Source: the human T2T-CHM13v2.0 reference genome, Homo sapiens
Assembly: GCF_009914755.1 (NCBI RefSeq)
Contig: NC_060936.1
Reading direction: 5' to 3' (one strand)
DNA length: 64,000 bases
Shown: piece by piece, positions 12,790 through 26,745 of the stretch
Layout of the letters: each line of letters starts with the position of its first letter
How positions within the stretch are numbered: the stretch's first letter is position 1
Notes under the pieces: model-generated
Seen by the model: only the letters and a program-made list of their open reading frames with translations
Databases searched by the model: none
Told to the model about the DNA's origin: nothing
Translations under genes and position numbers: made by a program

Positions 12790-13020
12790 AATCATAGACT
12801 GCCCACATATGATACCATGTGCCAGGCACTTACTGTTCTATCTATTTGAACTCATTTAATCCTCACCATCACCCCACAAGGCAGGGACTATCTCCATTTT
12901 CCAGATGAGGAAACTGAGGTAGAGACAGGTTATGTAACTTGCCCAACATTACACAAAGCTGACAAATAGCAGGGCCGGGCCACCAAACTAGTTGGTCTGG
13001 CGTCATGTCCATGATCTTAG
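12790..13020 (-). mobile_element. MIR
   Basis: ctcatttaatcctcac...cagatgaggaaactgagg...taacttgcccaa. Confidence 0.85.
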
Positions 13021-13745
13021 CCACAAAGCTATCCTGCCCCACTCTAGAAGCCTGGTGAATTCATTGGCTTACTAAGAGTTTATCTGAGCAAATTTGGTTG
13101 AGTGTGAGATTTGATACAAGCATGCATGAGCACACACAAACATACTCAGCAACATTTAGCTGTTCTTCGTGGTTCATCAGAGTACTAGAGTCCTTTCCAT
13201 TTAAGGTTCACAATTTAATTGGATTCAAGACCCCATACCTGACAGGGTGACACCGCTCTCGTTAATATATGGAGGAAGATCTCAGATGCTCCACTTTCCC
13301 GAGTTCCAGGGAGCTGACCTGTATGCTCTTGAGCAGGGGCAGGGTAAGCAACCCATTCATATTTTATAAGTTTGTTTAATGGAGCCTTATTTTTTGGGCT
13401 ATGTATTTTTAAAGACTGCGTAGCTTAGATTGATGGAGTCGCTACGCTGATTCTCCTCTTACAAGCCAGAGGGCTGGAGGAAGCTCAGCCCTTCTGGGGC
13501 CCAGGAGGGACAAGAAAGAGTTGCAAATGGACAGAGCTACCTAAATGCCCATCAGTAGGGACCCGGTAAAATAAATTATGTTCATCCCCGTAATGGAATC
13601 CATGCAGCTGCTAAAAACAATGAACTAGAGCTATAGGTACTTTCAAGGAAGGGTGTCCATGATAGATCCTTAAGGAAAAAAAGGCAAGTCAAAGGTCATT
13701 AGAAATAAATAATATGATGCTATTTGGTGATAGAAAATTGTATGT

Positions 13746-13747
<2 letters not shown>

Positions 13748-13790
<43 letters not shown>
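13748..13790. repeat. (TG)n microsatellite
   Basis: About 21 TG units. Confidence 0.95.
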
Positions 13791-13793
<3 letters not shown>

Positions 13794-13829
13794 AATAACT
13801 AAGGATTTGGAAAGTGGTTGAACAGACTA

Positions 13830-14020
13830 GCGTTCACATCCCAGCTCCCTTACTAACTAGGTGAGTGACCTCAGGTTTCTTAACCCCTCTAAGCCCCAGT
13901 AGCCTCATCTGTAAAATAAGGGGACACCTAGTTCCCATCCCGTGCATAATATAGCCTGAAGACAAAAGGAGATCGTGCATGGAAAGCATTTTCATGTGCT
14001 TGGCACGTATTAAGCACTCA
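13830..14020 (+). mobile_element. MIR
   Basis: cctcatctgtaaaataagggg...taagcactcaa. Confidence 0.75.
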
Positions 14021-14195
14021 AAACACGCTCGTTCCTCTTCTTCTTGGTGCATAAAAAGGGTGCGTAAGAACATTTGCCCATCTCTCCCACTGTTCATTCC
14101 TGGAAACTGGTGAAAGAAGACTCACTGTTCACATCATACATTTACACCATATTTAAATTTCTACAGTGTGCATGTTTGATCCTGTCATTAAACAT

Positions 14196-14261
14196 CACAT
14201 TGTAAAATTCTGTAAACATGCACATTGTAAAATTCTGTAAAATGTGCACATTGTAGAATTT
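14196..14261. repeat. Short tandem repeat, ~25-bp unit (cacattgtaaaattctgtaaa), ~2.5 copies
   Basis: Direct inspection. Confidence 0.85.
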
Positions 14262-14639
14262 TAATTGTCATTAAAATACAATCAGGTGGACTTTTTTAAT
14301 AAAGGAAGCTGACTGTCCTTTCAAAAGGAAACATATGAATTCTGAAACGTCCAACAGTCTCATTTCCTGTGAGCTAGCTGGACATCGCCACACTCCTGGG
14401 GCAGGTATCCTGGGTGGGATGGAGGATAGCTGAGTGAGTCTTTCTGAATCTCTTCGGTGGGAATTGATGAGGGTATTTGCATATTCCCAAGATATATTGC
14501 ATTGGCAATAAAGTCCACCCTAAATTAATCCATACCTGCCCCTATTTCAGCTCAATTCAAGCCTTCTAAACAGATGAGGCTGGGACAAGTCAGCAAACGT
14601 AAAACCATTCAGGGGCCGTGAGAAGAGATGTAATGGTGA

Positions 14640-14870
14640 ACAACAGCAACAACTTCCTGAGCACTTACAACTGTCCAGCACTGTGCTAGATACTTCTTCT
14701 GTGTCATCTCATTTCCTATTTTATAGAAACTCTTTAAGATAAGTAGTGACTGGTGCCCTTTTTACAAAGGAGGCAACTGAGGCTCAGAGAGTTAGTGATA
14801 CTTGCTCAAGGTCGCACAACACACAAAAAAGCCAGAGTTTGATTCCAAGTCTACCTGGTCACAAAATCTA
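14640..14870 (-). mobile_element. MIR
   Basis: aactgaggctcagagagttagtgatacttgctcaaggtcgcaca. Confidence 0.8.
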
Positions 14871-15669
14871 ATCTTCCCTGGGGGGCACAGTAACAACCTG
14901 TGTATTCTGTCATAGGGAAGAGGGGATGGACTCTTAGCATGGGAAATTAAAGACATAAATATTCCCTGCTATCTAAATAATTGTACAAATTTGGTTATAT
15001 TTGTGACTCCCCCTCTCCTTGAAATTTTCAAGATAGTCCCAGTTCAGTATTTCCCAAATTGTTTCTGGGATACCGTTTTGTTTTGTATGATACTAGTAAG
15101 TGTTCTGTAAAGAAAGGGGTTCTAAGGTCTAGTAATTCTAGGGAACTTAAGTTCTAGGAGTTTAAGCACATTTGACTTCCCAAGAAGGTGCTATTGAGCC
15201 TAGCATTGCCCAAACTTATTTGGTCATAGAACCCTTTTCTTGGGAAGCATACGCCAGAACAGAATTTGCTTAGACAAATGCTAACCTAAATAAACATGCT
15301 TTTATTTTTCTTGCTTGCCTTTCCAAGTACATTCAAAATAGCACAAAAGTGTTTAGATCTAAAACTGCAGGAAAAAGTTTCCAAGTCTTTCCCCAAATCA
15401 TCCCTATGCCTCCAGAAATACACAGTATTTTATATACACCTGGATATAAGACTATGCCAAGTATAAGACGTCCCTACATATAAGGAGAGCCCACGCAAAA
15501 GAATTTTTGACCAACATGAATTTACAAACTTCTAGGGAATAGATGAAAGAGTCAAATACTTATCACGTGAAATTTATCAATTTGATGTATTTTTTCATTA
15601 CATGCAGTGTAAAATAATATGTTGATGTAGAAAATCTACTTTCTCCCATTCTACATCTCAAGATCCCTT

Positions 15670-16430
15670 TTTTCCCTTTTATTGATATACGATAATTTAC
15701 ATATTTATGAGGTACAAGTGAGTGTTTGTTGCATGCAAAGAATGTGTAACAATAAAGTCAGGGTAATTGGGGTATCCATCACACTGTGTGTTTATTATTT
15801 TTATGTGCTGGTATCACTTCAACTCCTCCCTTCTAGCTACTTTGAAATACACATATTATTGTTGCTAAGTATAGTCATCCTAGTCTACTGTCGAACATTA
15901 GAACTTAGTCCTTCTATCTAGCCGTATATTTGTACCCATAGCAGACGTCTCTTCATCTCCACTATCCCCCACAACCTTTCCAATCTCTGATATGAATCAT
16001 TCTATTCTCTACATCCATGAGATCAAGTTTTTTAGCTCCCGCATATGAATGAGAACATGCAGTATTTGTCTTTCTGTACCTGGCCTATTTCACTTAACAT
16101 AATGACCTCCAATTCCATCCATGTTCTGCAAATGACATGATTTCATTCTTTTTAGTGGCTGAATAGTAGTCCATTGTGTATATATTTTCTTTATCCATTC
16201 AGTTATCTGGAGGCTTCTATCACATTTTCTTTATCCATTCATCCATTGATGGGTATGTAGGTTGATTCCATATCTTTGCTACCGTGAATAGTGCTGCAAT
16301 AAACATGCGACTGCAGGTATCCCTTTGATATACTAATTTCTTTGTTCTTTGAATAGACCAGTAGTGGGATTGATGAGTCATATGGTAGTTCTATTTCCAG
16401 TTTTTTGAGAAATCCCCATACTGTTTTTCA
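15670..16430 (-). mobile_element. L1MA 3' end
   Basis: tttttagctcccgcatatgaatgagaacatgc...gttgattccatatctttgct...gtgctgcaataaacatg. Confidence 0.85.
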
Positions 16431-18389
16431 GGGAACAATTTGATTCCAATTCTTTGCCTGCATCTTTTTCTTAAGAAAGCCACTTTTTGTACTCTCTTAT
16501 ACAGCATTTCAGTGCATGTCATGGTTGCTTCTGCCCAAGTTATTTGGAAACACAACCATTTTAAACCCATGCATTGTACTGTCATTGAAAATGTTATCCC
16601 AGACTGCAAGTACCAATACTCATAACATGGGTCCAGCTGGGCCAGTTATGATTTTCCCCCTGTTCTTCCTCTAGGTGTTTGTGATCTCCGCAACCTAACT
16701 ACTTACAGAGTTGTTCATAAAGTGAGCCTTGGAAGTCTGGTTTACATGACATCAAACACTGGCAGGTCTGAGTCATAGTTCCTGAAATTAGTCTTAAGTC
16801 CTGTTGATTCTAATAGATGAATGCTAGATGCTTCCAGAGAACTAGCTTTGATATTGAAGTTATTCCCAAATAGGACTTCACTGGTGTAAATAAAATAATT
16901 GTGGGAGTGGACACTACAGTGTCCACTGGACACTGTAGTATTTCTGGACAGCTACAGTATTTATAAAGGGAAGACTTCACTTCTAAGAGGATGACTCTGC
17001 TCCATCAGCAATGAGCAGGTTAAGCTAAGCACAAGCTTTGCACTCAAGCTCGGGAAGGAATCAGACCTGATGTGGCACGGGCCTCTTTCTGCCTAGGACC
17101 AGGAAGAGTGAGGGCAAGAAAGGAAAAATTATTGATATAGGGAAAACACTCAATTGCAACCTCATGAGTAAATGGGCCATTTATCCCCCAGTCCGGAGTT
17201 CCTTGAAAAGGTGACCGTCCATCAATCCCTCCTCTGAGCTGCCCCTTGATGAGCTGTTCTATCAATGGGCTAATTTAGCTGATTACAGAGGAATTTGAGA
17301 GGAATGGGCCGCCAGAGCCTGGGTCTGGGCCAGCAATGCATTAACTCAGCCAGTGTCTCCATCGCCCTCCACTTGGGACCGATAGGGGCGTCTTATTCCT
17401 GAAAACATGTCCCATGATGTGCTTCTGTTAAACTCAGCTCCAGCTTATCAGGTGCTAGGGTGGAAAACCTACTGCTATGGGGCATGGACTGTTCTGTCCT
17501 CTGAGTCCTTGGTGGGGGAGGATGACCTCTGGGACCAGTGCCAGGCTATTCTCGGCTCCTGGTCAGCAGCATGTAGACACCCAGCCCTCTAGGAAGGGAA
17601 TGCAGAAGAGATGGAGAGGCCTAGGCTGAACCATCATTGCTCCTTTAATCCCCTGACTTTTGACAGCATACAAGGCTTGGAAAATGCCCCACCCTTCTTC
17701 AACACTGGAGGGCTAATTCACATTCAGGTGAAATGGATGGACAATCATAATGGGAATCTCTCTACTCCCCCAAAAAACAATTGCCTTTAAAAATCTCCCC
17801 CAATTTCTTCTAAAAGCTCCTGCAACTCCAATTGTTTGGATTAAAGTGCTTCCCTATTTAGATATTCCACTTAAAACATTGTACTGTTAGCAATTTACAC
17901 TTTAGTACAAATTAGTCTGTCCACTCTATCTAACACTCTGGGAACAGGGTATAGAATGGTAAGTTTCAAAGACATAAGTTGATCCACAGGAAAGGAGGGC
18001 TGAAGGGTGCTACAAGTTAGAGAGCACAAAGACATTCAATTCTCTGCACAGATGGAGCACAGCAGGTTCAATGGAAGGAAAGGAAAAGGAAAGTACTCAA
18101 AGAGGAGGAAAGAGGACCCAGGTAACACGCTTTTTGCATTCTCAGTTTTGCTGAGAGGGACCCCAAATCTAGAAAATCATGAATCTTCCAGCTCAAGTTC
18201 CCATTTAAAGAATAAGGGAGCAGCTTTATAGAGGTGTCTATAAGGTGATTTCGAGTACCATCAGTCATCTTCATTAAGAAGAATTTGAAGCCATCCTACC
18301 CCCTTTTAGTGCATTTTCCTCAAGTGACTGTGTTGGGATACAAACAATCCCATTGGTTTATTTCTCCAACTTAAAACCCAAGCCCATTT

Positions 18390-18950
18390 ATATTAAGAAG
18401 TCTTTTGAGTGAAAGGAACCAAATTGAAACAGCTTGAGCAAAAGAGAAAATGCATTGGCTTGGGTAGCTTTCGAGTTTAAAGGCCCAGGTTTCAGTCATG
18501 GCTTGATCCAGGGGCTCAAATGATGTTATCAACAATCTGTTTCTTTTCAGCTCCCAGGTCTTCTCTCCACTCTTTGTTGATTTTATACGCAGACAGGCTC
18601 TCCATTTGTGCTTCCCAAAAAGGCTGCTAGGAGCTCCAGACTCCCATTCAGCCGGCTTAGAAACCTGATAGAGAATAACTCTTTCCTAAAAGCTTCAGCC
18701 GAAGCCCAGAGCTGATTCTCACTGGACCCATTTGTGTTTCACACTCATCCCTCAATCCATCACTGGGGCTCAGGGATGGATTACACAGACTGATGTGACC
18801 CAGCCTCATGCCCAGCTCTGCATCTAACGGGAGGTCAGCCCCCAACCCCAAGCCATTGACTTGAGAGTAGAAAGAGGTGGTCTTCCAGTGAAAAATCAAA
18901 GAGCTGCTTCCAGATGAAGAAGCGGGAGATTCAGGGCAGGGACACAACAG
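18390..18950 (-). mobile_element. Old MaLR LTR (MLT1K/L-like)
   Basis: ttcagtcatggcttgatccaggggctcaaatgatgttatca; same family signature as 4540-4900. Confidence 0.6.
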
Positions 18951-19354
18951 GGTCCCTTTAAGGCTCATAAATAGATTAGTGCAATAAAGTGTACTGGATT
19001 CCCACATGGGAAATTCTAGAGTCCAGTAGGAGTGAATACAGAGGCAGGAATAATTTCAGTGATTCCAATAGACCTTATCAAGACAGGTTAATCTCCCTGT
19101 AAAGTTTGAGCCCATTTCCTGATGTCCTGAAATCTATTAATCATTTTGGGTTCCCATCTCAGCTGGCCTAACCAGGGCTTAAATGGCCTACCAAAGACTG
19201 CAGCTAATGAGAAGAGATTTGGCCACATAGGAAGTGTATGGGGTTGGGTTCCAGGAAAATGGGTTTCTTTCTTCATCTTAAGGAGTAACTCTACAAAAGC
19301 TGAGTGGCTTCTCTAAGTCCCTTGCTCAATTCAACCCACATTTACAGAGCAACA

Positions 19355-19530
19355 TAGAGTGGTGGGTAAGAGCTTCTTTGTGATCAAAGCTGTGTTGAGA
19401 TTGGTAGCTCTTCTGTGTGACATGGGGCTACTGACTTAACGTCTCTGAATCTGTTTTCTCATTCATAAAATGAGGTTGAAGAGCCTCTACCATATAGACT
19501 CGTTCTAAGGATTAGATTAACAATATGTTC
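19355..19530 (+). mobile_element. MIR
   Basis: gacttaacgtctctgaatctgttttctcattcataaaatgagg. Confidence 0.65.
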
Positions 19531-19648
19531 AACATTAACTGAGCACCTACTCTCTGCCAGGATCTCTGGAGCTTATCTCCTAGCAGGGGAAACAGACAGT
19601 AGACATTAAGAAATAGTAAGTTATTTTGAATGTTAAAAGTTAAGTGCT

Positions 19649-20620
<972 letters not shown>

Positions 20621-20912
20621 AACATGGGACATGCTTAGTGTGGCCTGGCCCAGAGAAGACTCCAAGAAGTGGAAGAATGGCAACGAAGGTGATGGTGAAC
20701 ACGCAAACAATATGATGTGCTGTCCAGCACTCCAGCAATAACATCCAGGCTAACACAGGCGTACCCTCACCTTCCTGAGCTGTTCTGAGGATGGCAATAT
20801 GAACATAAGCCATTTGCACTTTGAACCCATGCTGAGAAAATTACTCCGTAAACATAGGGTGTTTCCTGCCATCACAAGTCTTTATCATGTGTCTGACACC
20901 ATTATCACCAAA

Positions 20913-20931
20913 AGGTCACCAGGTGGCACCC
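20913..20931 (+). promoter_or_regulatory. Candidate CTCF site
   Basis: aggtcaccaggtggcaccc matches the CTCF core (consensus ~TGGCCACCAGGTGGCAG) in non-repeat sequence. Confidence 0.4.
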
Positions 20932-21439
20932 ATTAGCAGGGCTAACACTTCTTCTGCTTAAGCGGCCCAGTTCTTCACTTCCTCCTGATATCAGCAGAAA
21001 TAACCCTGAATCCAACCTATCTGCCCCATGAATAGTGTGTGTTCCGCACTCATGGCCTTTTGCTCAAACCGAGTGGGCCACTGCCTGGGTAATGTGTTGT
21101 ATACTTATCCAAATTATCTGAATATTATTGACACCAACTGACAAGGCTCCAGGCTACCAGTATTGACATCATCAAACCAGCCACCTATCTCATCTTGACT
21201 CTTGACTCCTGGAAGCTACCACAAAGTGTAGCTAATTCTTCTCAGATGGCTATTGCCCCAGCTGAGTGGTACCATAACGCCGTTTCTCCAAAGAGACATT
21301 TCCCAGACTTTTCCAGCACACAGACAGACTGCAAATGAGGTTGTCGAGGCATCCTGGAAGAATGCCTTCACCCATTCCCTCTGAACTGGCTCAATGAGCC
21401 TCTTGCTTCACCTAAACTCATTTTCCAAATCCATTACAC

Positions 21440-21930
21440 GGGGAAGGCTCATTCTGAAATTTAAGTCTGATACTGTTGAAGTATCCCATGTCTTCCTAAT
21501 TCCCTTGGGAGGTCCAGATTCCTTAGAGCTCCAACAAAGCTTAGGCTCTTCCTGCCTCTCCAGCATCATCTTCCCCAGCCCCCATTCACCTCCAGCCAGG
21601 CTGAGAACCAGGGGCCTCCTGTACATGCATGTCCTTATTGTACATGCTGTTCCCCCAGCCTGGCAAGCTCCCACGTGTCCTTCAACTTACCCTCCTCCAC
21701 CTCCTCCACAAATCCTCAGTTTACCCCCAAATCTAGCTGGGAGTCCCAGCCACAAGCACCCTGAGCATCCTGTCTATAACTCCCTTGCCACTTCCGTCGC
21801 ATACATTGTATTGTGTTTTGAGGTGTCTCTCTCATCTGCTGGACATGGTACCTCATTCATCCTTGAGTCTCCACCTTTGAGAAAAGATTCTACTCATAGT
21901 AGATGCTCAATAACTACTTGTGGCTTGCAC
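21440..21930 (+). mobile_element. L2 3' fragment
   Basis: catgctgttcccccagcctgg...catagtagatgctcaataactacttg. Confidence 0.6.
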
Positions 21931-22029
21931 AGAAGAACCAGCGACCTGTTTGATTATATGTCATCCTCACTTTAGCCTCTGAAACAAGTGTAGACGTATA
22001 ATTGCTAGCAGGCTGTAGCAGGCTGGTTC

Positions 22030-22200
22030 AGCAGACCTGGGTTTGGAACTCTGATCCACCTTTTATCAGCTGTGACATTGGGTAATTCAGTCTTTTGAGT
22101 ATCAACTTTCCCATCTCTGAAAGTGGTAGTATGCACCACTTCCTATGTCTGTGGTGAGGATTAAATGAGAAATTCTAATGCATATTCGATGAGGGTTAAT
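22030..22200 (+). mobile_element. MIR
   Basis: gacctgggtttgga...gtggtgaggattaaatgaga. Confidence 0.7.
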
Positions 22201-23462
22201 CATTATTTTTTATATTCTCTGCAATCAACTAAATGGTTACCATGTCCAGAAAGCTAGGGATTCCTGTCTACGGATTCCCATCTACGGATTCCCTGATGTA
22301 TCCCAAATGCCTATCACAGTGCCTGGCACATAGCAGGTGCTCAATAAACATTTGCTGAAGAAATAAACAACCTGGTATTTCTAGACTGAGGGAGAAGCTC
22401 CCTGTATTCCTAGAATTTTTAGTTTCAACTGTAGATTTCTCAAGATATCATTTCCCCATTCCCAGAGACACCGATTTGGCAGAGTTTGGGTGGAGCCCAG
22501 AGACCTGCCTGTGAATGGGTTTCCCATGATCACTCAGTTCTCCATCATTTAGGAACCTTGACACCAGATGATTCAAGTCTCATTACCTCCTCCTTGTCTC
22601 ACCTCACCACTATCCCTTTCCAGTTGCAGTCATCTAAAAGCCCAATCTTGGTATCAGTAATGATCATTGTGCTGGGGCTAATATTATTTTTGTGAGGCAC
22701 AGAAACCCAGCAAAGGGTTTTAAGTGAATACTTGGTAATAGAACAATCAAGTTAAAAGATCAGTGTGACACAGAGCATGAAATAGGAAAGTATCGTGGTC
22801 AATTGATTTGGACCACACTTACGGGTTTGTGAAATGAATTTCATTTTCTGGACCAAATGGAAGCCCTGCTTATAAATCACTGCCGGTCTTGGAGATTAAT
22901 AAAGGAAACAGGCTTGATTAAGAATTCAGAGCATTGGTCCCATTGCAGATTTATAGACCCAGAGGTCTTGCCACAGAGATTTCAAGAGGCCCCACCTGTT
23001 AAGTGTCATTTAGGAAGATTAACCCCAGGGCTTCTGGCTAAGAATTGAGGACAGGGCCTGAGCCCTGCCTGGGATGGAAGGTAGATTCTAGGAAATGCAT
23101 TTCTCCATGCTTTTCTAACCCTCCCAGAAAGTTCACAACTCATGTGCCCTTTGATATAACATTGTGTAGAATTTTTCCTAGATTCTGGACAGATGGAAAT
23201 TTTTATTTAAAACCGCTTCTGCATCTATCTCTACCAAAACTTGGCAGAGCAGAGTTGACTCAAGATTGGAAATTAAAAACAAGACAAATGCAACAGTGCG
23301 GGGGTAGTAAAGGCGTTTAATTAAATCAACTAAATGTAAAAGATCTCCATCCATTCTCTGATGCTTGCATAACCCTGCACGTGGAGAGGTTTGCATCTAG
23401 TGCTGAGACGTTTGGCATTTGAGAATATTTTTGAAATTCCTCATCTGTCAGAAGCTGATGTT

Positions 23463-23843
<381 letters not shown>

Positions 23844-24349
23844 TTAACAAGTTTGTTGGGACAGAGCCAACTCATGTATTTTGGTGAAATGTCACGGTTT
23901 GGGACCCAGTATTTGCAAAAGTGTGCTCTGCAAACCAGAAGTTATGTTATTTTAGCATTCCACTCTATAATATTATTGGCCCTGATGGTTTCAAATCCAG
24001 CACAAGTTAGAAGTCAGAATGGTGTTACTAATGTCCAGAAGGGAGCGTGAGGTGGGGTTCTGAGGTGTCGCTAGTGTTCAGCAACTCGATCTGGATACAT
24101 TCAGTTTGTGAAATTTTATCAAGCTTTACAATGAACATTTTCACTTTTCTGATCACCTATATTTCAATAAAAAAGTTAGAATTTTTGAAAGCAGCAGGAA
24201 AATGAATGGGTACATCTGATTATTCTGCAACATACTAGCATTGCTTGAAACTGAAAACACCAATTAGGAAGCCTTGTATAGCAATTCCTTTCTTCCCTCC
24301 TTCCCTTCCTTCCTTTCCTTCCTTCAACAAATCCTTTATGCCTACTCTG

Positions 24350-24565
24350 TTTATTCTACATGACTCTGTTTCACTTTCTTCAGAGCACTTGTCATTATCT
24401 AAAATTATCTTGTCATTTGTTTTGCTTACTGGTGTTGCACCTGTCCCCCCTCCCCATAGAATGCAACTTCATGAGGGAAGGTACCTTGTGTTTCTCATTC
24501 ACCACTGTATACCCAGGGCCTAGCAAGTGCCTGGCACAGAGCAAACACTCAATGAACATCTGCTG
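24350..24565 (+). mobile_element. L2 3' end
   Basis: attcaccactgtatacccagggcctagcaagtgcctggcacagagcaaacactcaat. Confidence 0.75.
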
Positions 24566-24851
24566 GTTTCACAAACCAAAGAAATCAAGGCAGCATGCTA
24601 AGCCTTGGACTTTTTCCCAACGCGTACATCAATTGTAGTGCTTGGTTGCATGGTCATTTTAAACCTGCAAAGATTACTGAACCTCTACAAAGCTCTGGAA
24701 TTGTGGCAAAGAACAAAACAGAAAGTCCTGTGCACCCTCCTAGAGCTTAGAGTTTAAAAAGCAATTAAGGTAACAGGCGATAAGACTTGTAAAAGGGAAA
24801 ACATAAAGTGCTGCTGAAGATCGGGAAAAATGCACTTAGAAGTGAGACAGA

Positions 24852-25003
24852 GGCTGGGCATGGTAGCTCATGCCTGTAATCTCAACAGTTTGGGAGGCAG
24901 AGATGGGAAGGTCACTTGAGGCCAGGAGTTGGAGACCAGCCCGGTCCACACAGTGAGACTCCATCTCTATTGAAAAAAAATTTTTTTAATTTATTTTAAA
25001 AAT
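24852..25003 (+). mobile_element. Alu monomer (FLAM/left arm)
   Basis: Single monomer plus A/T-rich tail; TSD aagtgagacaga/aagggagacaga. Confidence 0.8.
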
Positions 25004-25342
25004 AAGGGAGACAGAAAGAAGCACATGCTTAGTAAAGAGCTGGGTCACCTTGATGGCAGGAGCTAGAATAGAAACCACAGACTACCTTCTGAGCACCCTA
25101 AAGTCCCTCTCATCAGGAAGCTTTCCTGGGTTCCCTATATATTTGCAAGGCCACGTACCTCGACTAAGCCTAGGTCAGAATCTCTTAAAAGGTTATGGAC
25201 TGAACTGTGTCACCTCTAAATTCATATGTTGAAGCCCTAAACCCCCAATGTGACTGTTTCGAGATAGAGCCTTTAAGGGGGTGATTAAGGTTAAACGGGA
25301 GTGTAAAGGTGGGGTCCTGATCTGATAGGACTGCTGTCCTTA

Positions 25343-25668
<326 letters not shown>

Positions 25669-25719
25669 AGAAGAAGAAGGGGGGGTTGGGGGGGGAGAAA
25701 GAAGAAGGAGGAAGAGGAG

Positions 25720-25754
<35 letters not shown>

Positions 25755-25806
25755 GGAGGAGGAAGAGGAGGAGGAGGAGGAAGAGGAGGAGAAGGAGGAA
25801 GAGGAG

Positions 25807-25904
<98 letters not shown>

Positions 25905-25938
25905 GAAGGAGGAAGAGGAGGAGGAGGAGGAAGAGGAG

Positions 25939-25988
<50 letters not shown>

Positions 25989-26004
25989 GAAGGAGGAAGA
26001 GGAG

Positions 26005-26054
<50 letters not shown>

Positions 26055-26056
26055 GA

Positions 26057-26102
<46 letters not shown>

Positions 26103-26745
26103 GGAGGAGGGGGAGGAGGAGGTGTATCCATGGGCCATGAGAGGAAGGGGGGAGGAGGAGGAGGAGTATCCATGGGCCATGGGAGGAGGGGGGAGGAGGG
26201 GGAGGAGGAGGAGTATCCATGGGCCATGGGAGGAGGGGGAAGAGGGGGAGGAGGAAGAGGAGGAGGAGGGGGAGGAGGGGGAGGACGGGGAGGAGGGGGA
26301 GAGGAGGGGGGGAGGAGGAGTATCCATGGGTCGGGGGGGAGGAGGAGGAGGAGGATTATCCATGGGCCATGGGAGGAGGGGGAGGAGGAGGAAGAGGAGG
26401 AGGAGGGAGGAGGAGGAGGAAGAGGAGGGGGGGAGGAGGAGGAGGAGGAAGAGGAGGGGGGGAGGAGGAGGAGGAGGAAGGGGGAGGAGGAGGAAGAGGA
26501 GGAGGAAGGGGGAGGAGGAAGAGGGGGAGAGGAGGGGGAGGGGAGGGGAGGGGGAGGGGAGGGGAGGGGGAGTGGGGGAGGGGGAGGGGAGGGGGAGGGG
26601 AGGGGAGAGGGGGAGGGGGAGGGGGAGGGGAGGGGGAGAGGGGGAGGAGGGAGGGGGAGGGGAGGGGGAGGGGGAGGGGAGGAGGAGAGGGGGAGGGGAG
26701 GGGGAGAGGGGGAGGAGGGAGGGGGAGGGGAGGGGGAGGAGGAGA
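25669..26745. repeat. ~1.08-kb polypurine composite repeat: (GAG)n/GAA array, VNTR-like middle with tatccatggg x5, (GGGGA)n-like G-rich end
   Basis: Direct inspection; tatccatggg at 26125, 26167, 26214, 26321, 26357. Confidence 0.95.

Noticed and set aside
17378-17392. CTCF-like ccgataggggcgtc (and ccagcagaggggca at ~44431)
   Set aside because: Core spacing is off by one base relative to the CTCF consensus in both cases.
21394-21975. 193-aa ORF
   Set aside because: Overlaps a degraded L2 3' region; no recognisable protein similarity.
26124-26375. Repeated constant motif with variable spacers, superficially CRISPR-like
   Set aside because: Primate DNA; spacers are low-complexity GAG/GGG sequence; no cas genes. 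It is a VNTR.
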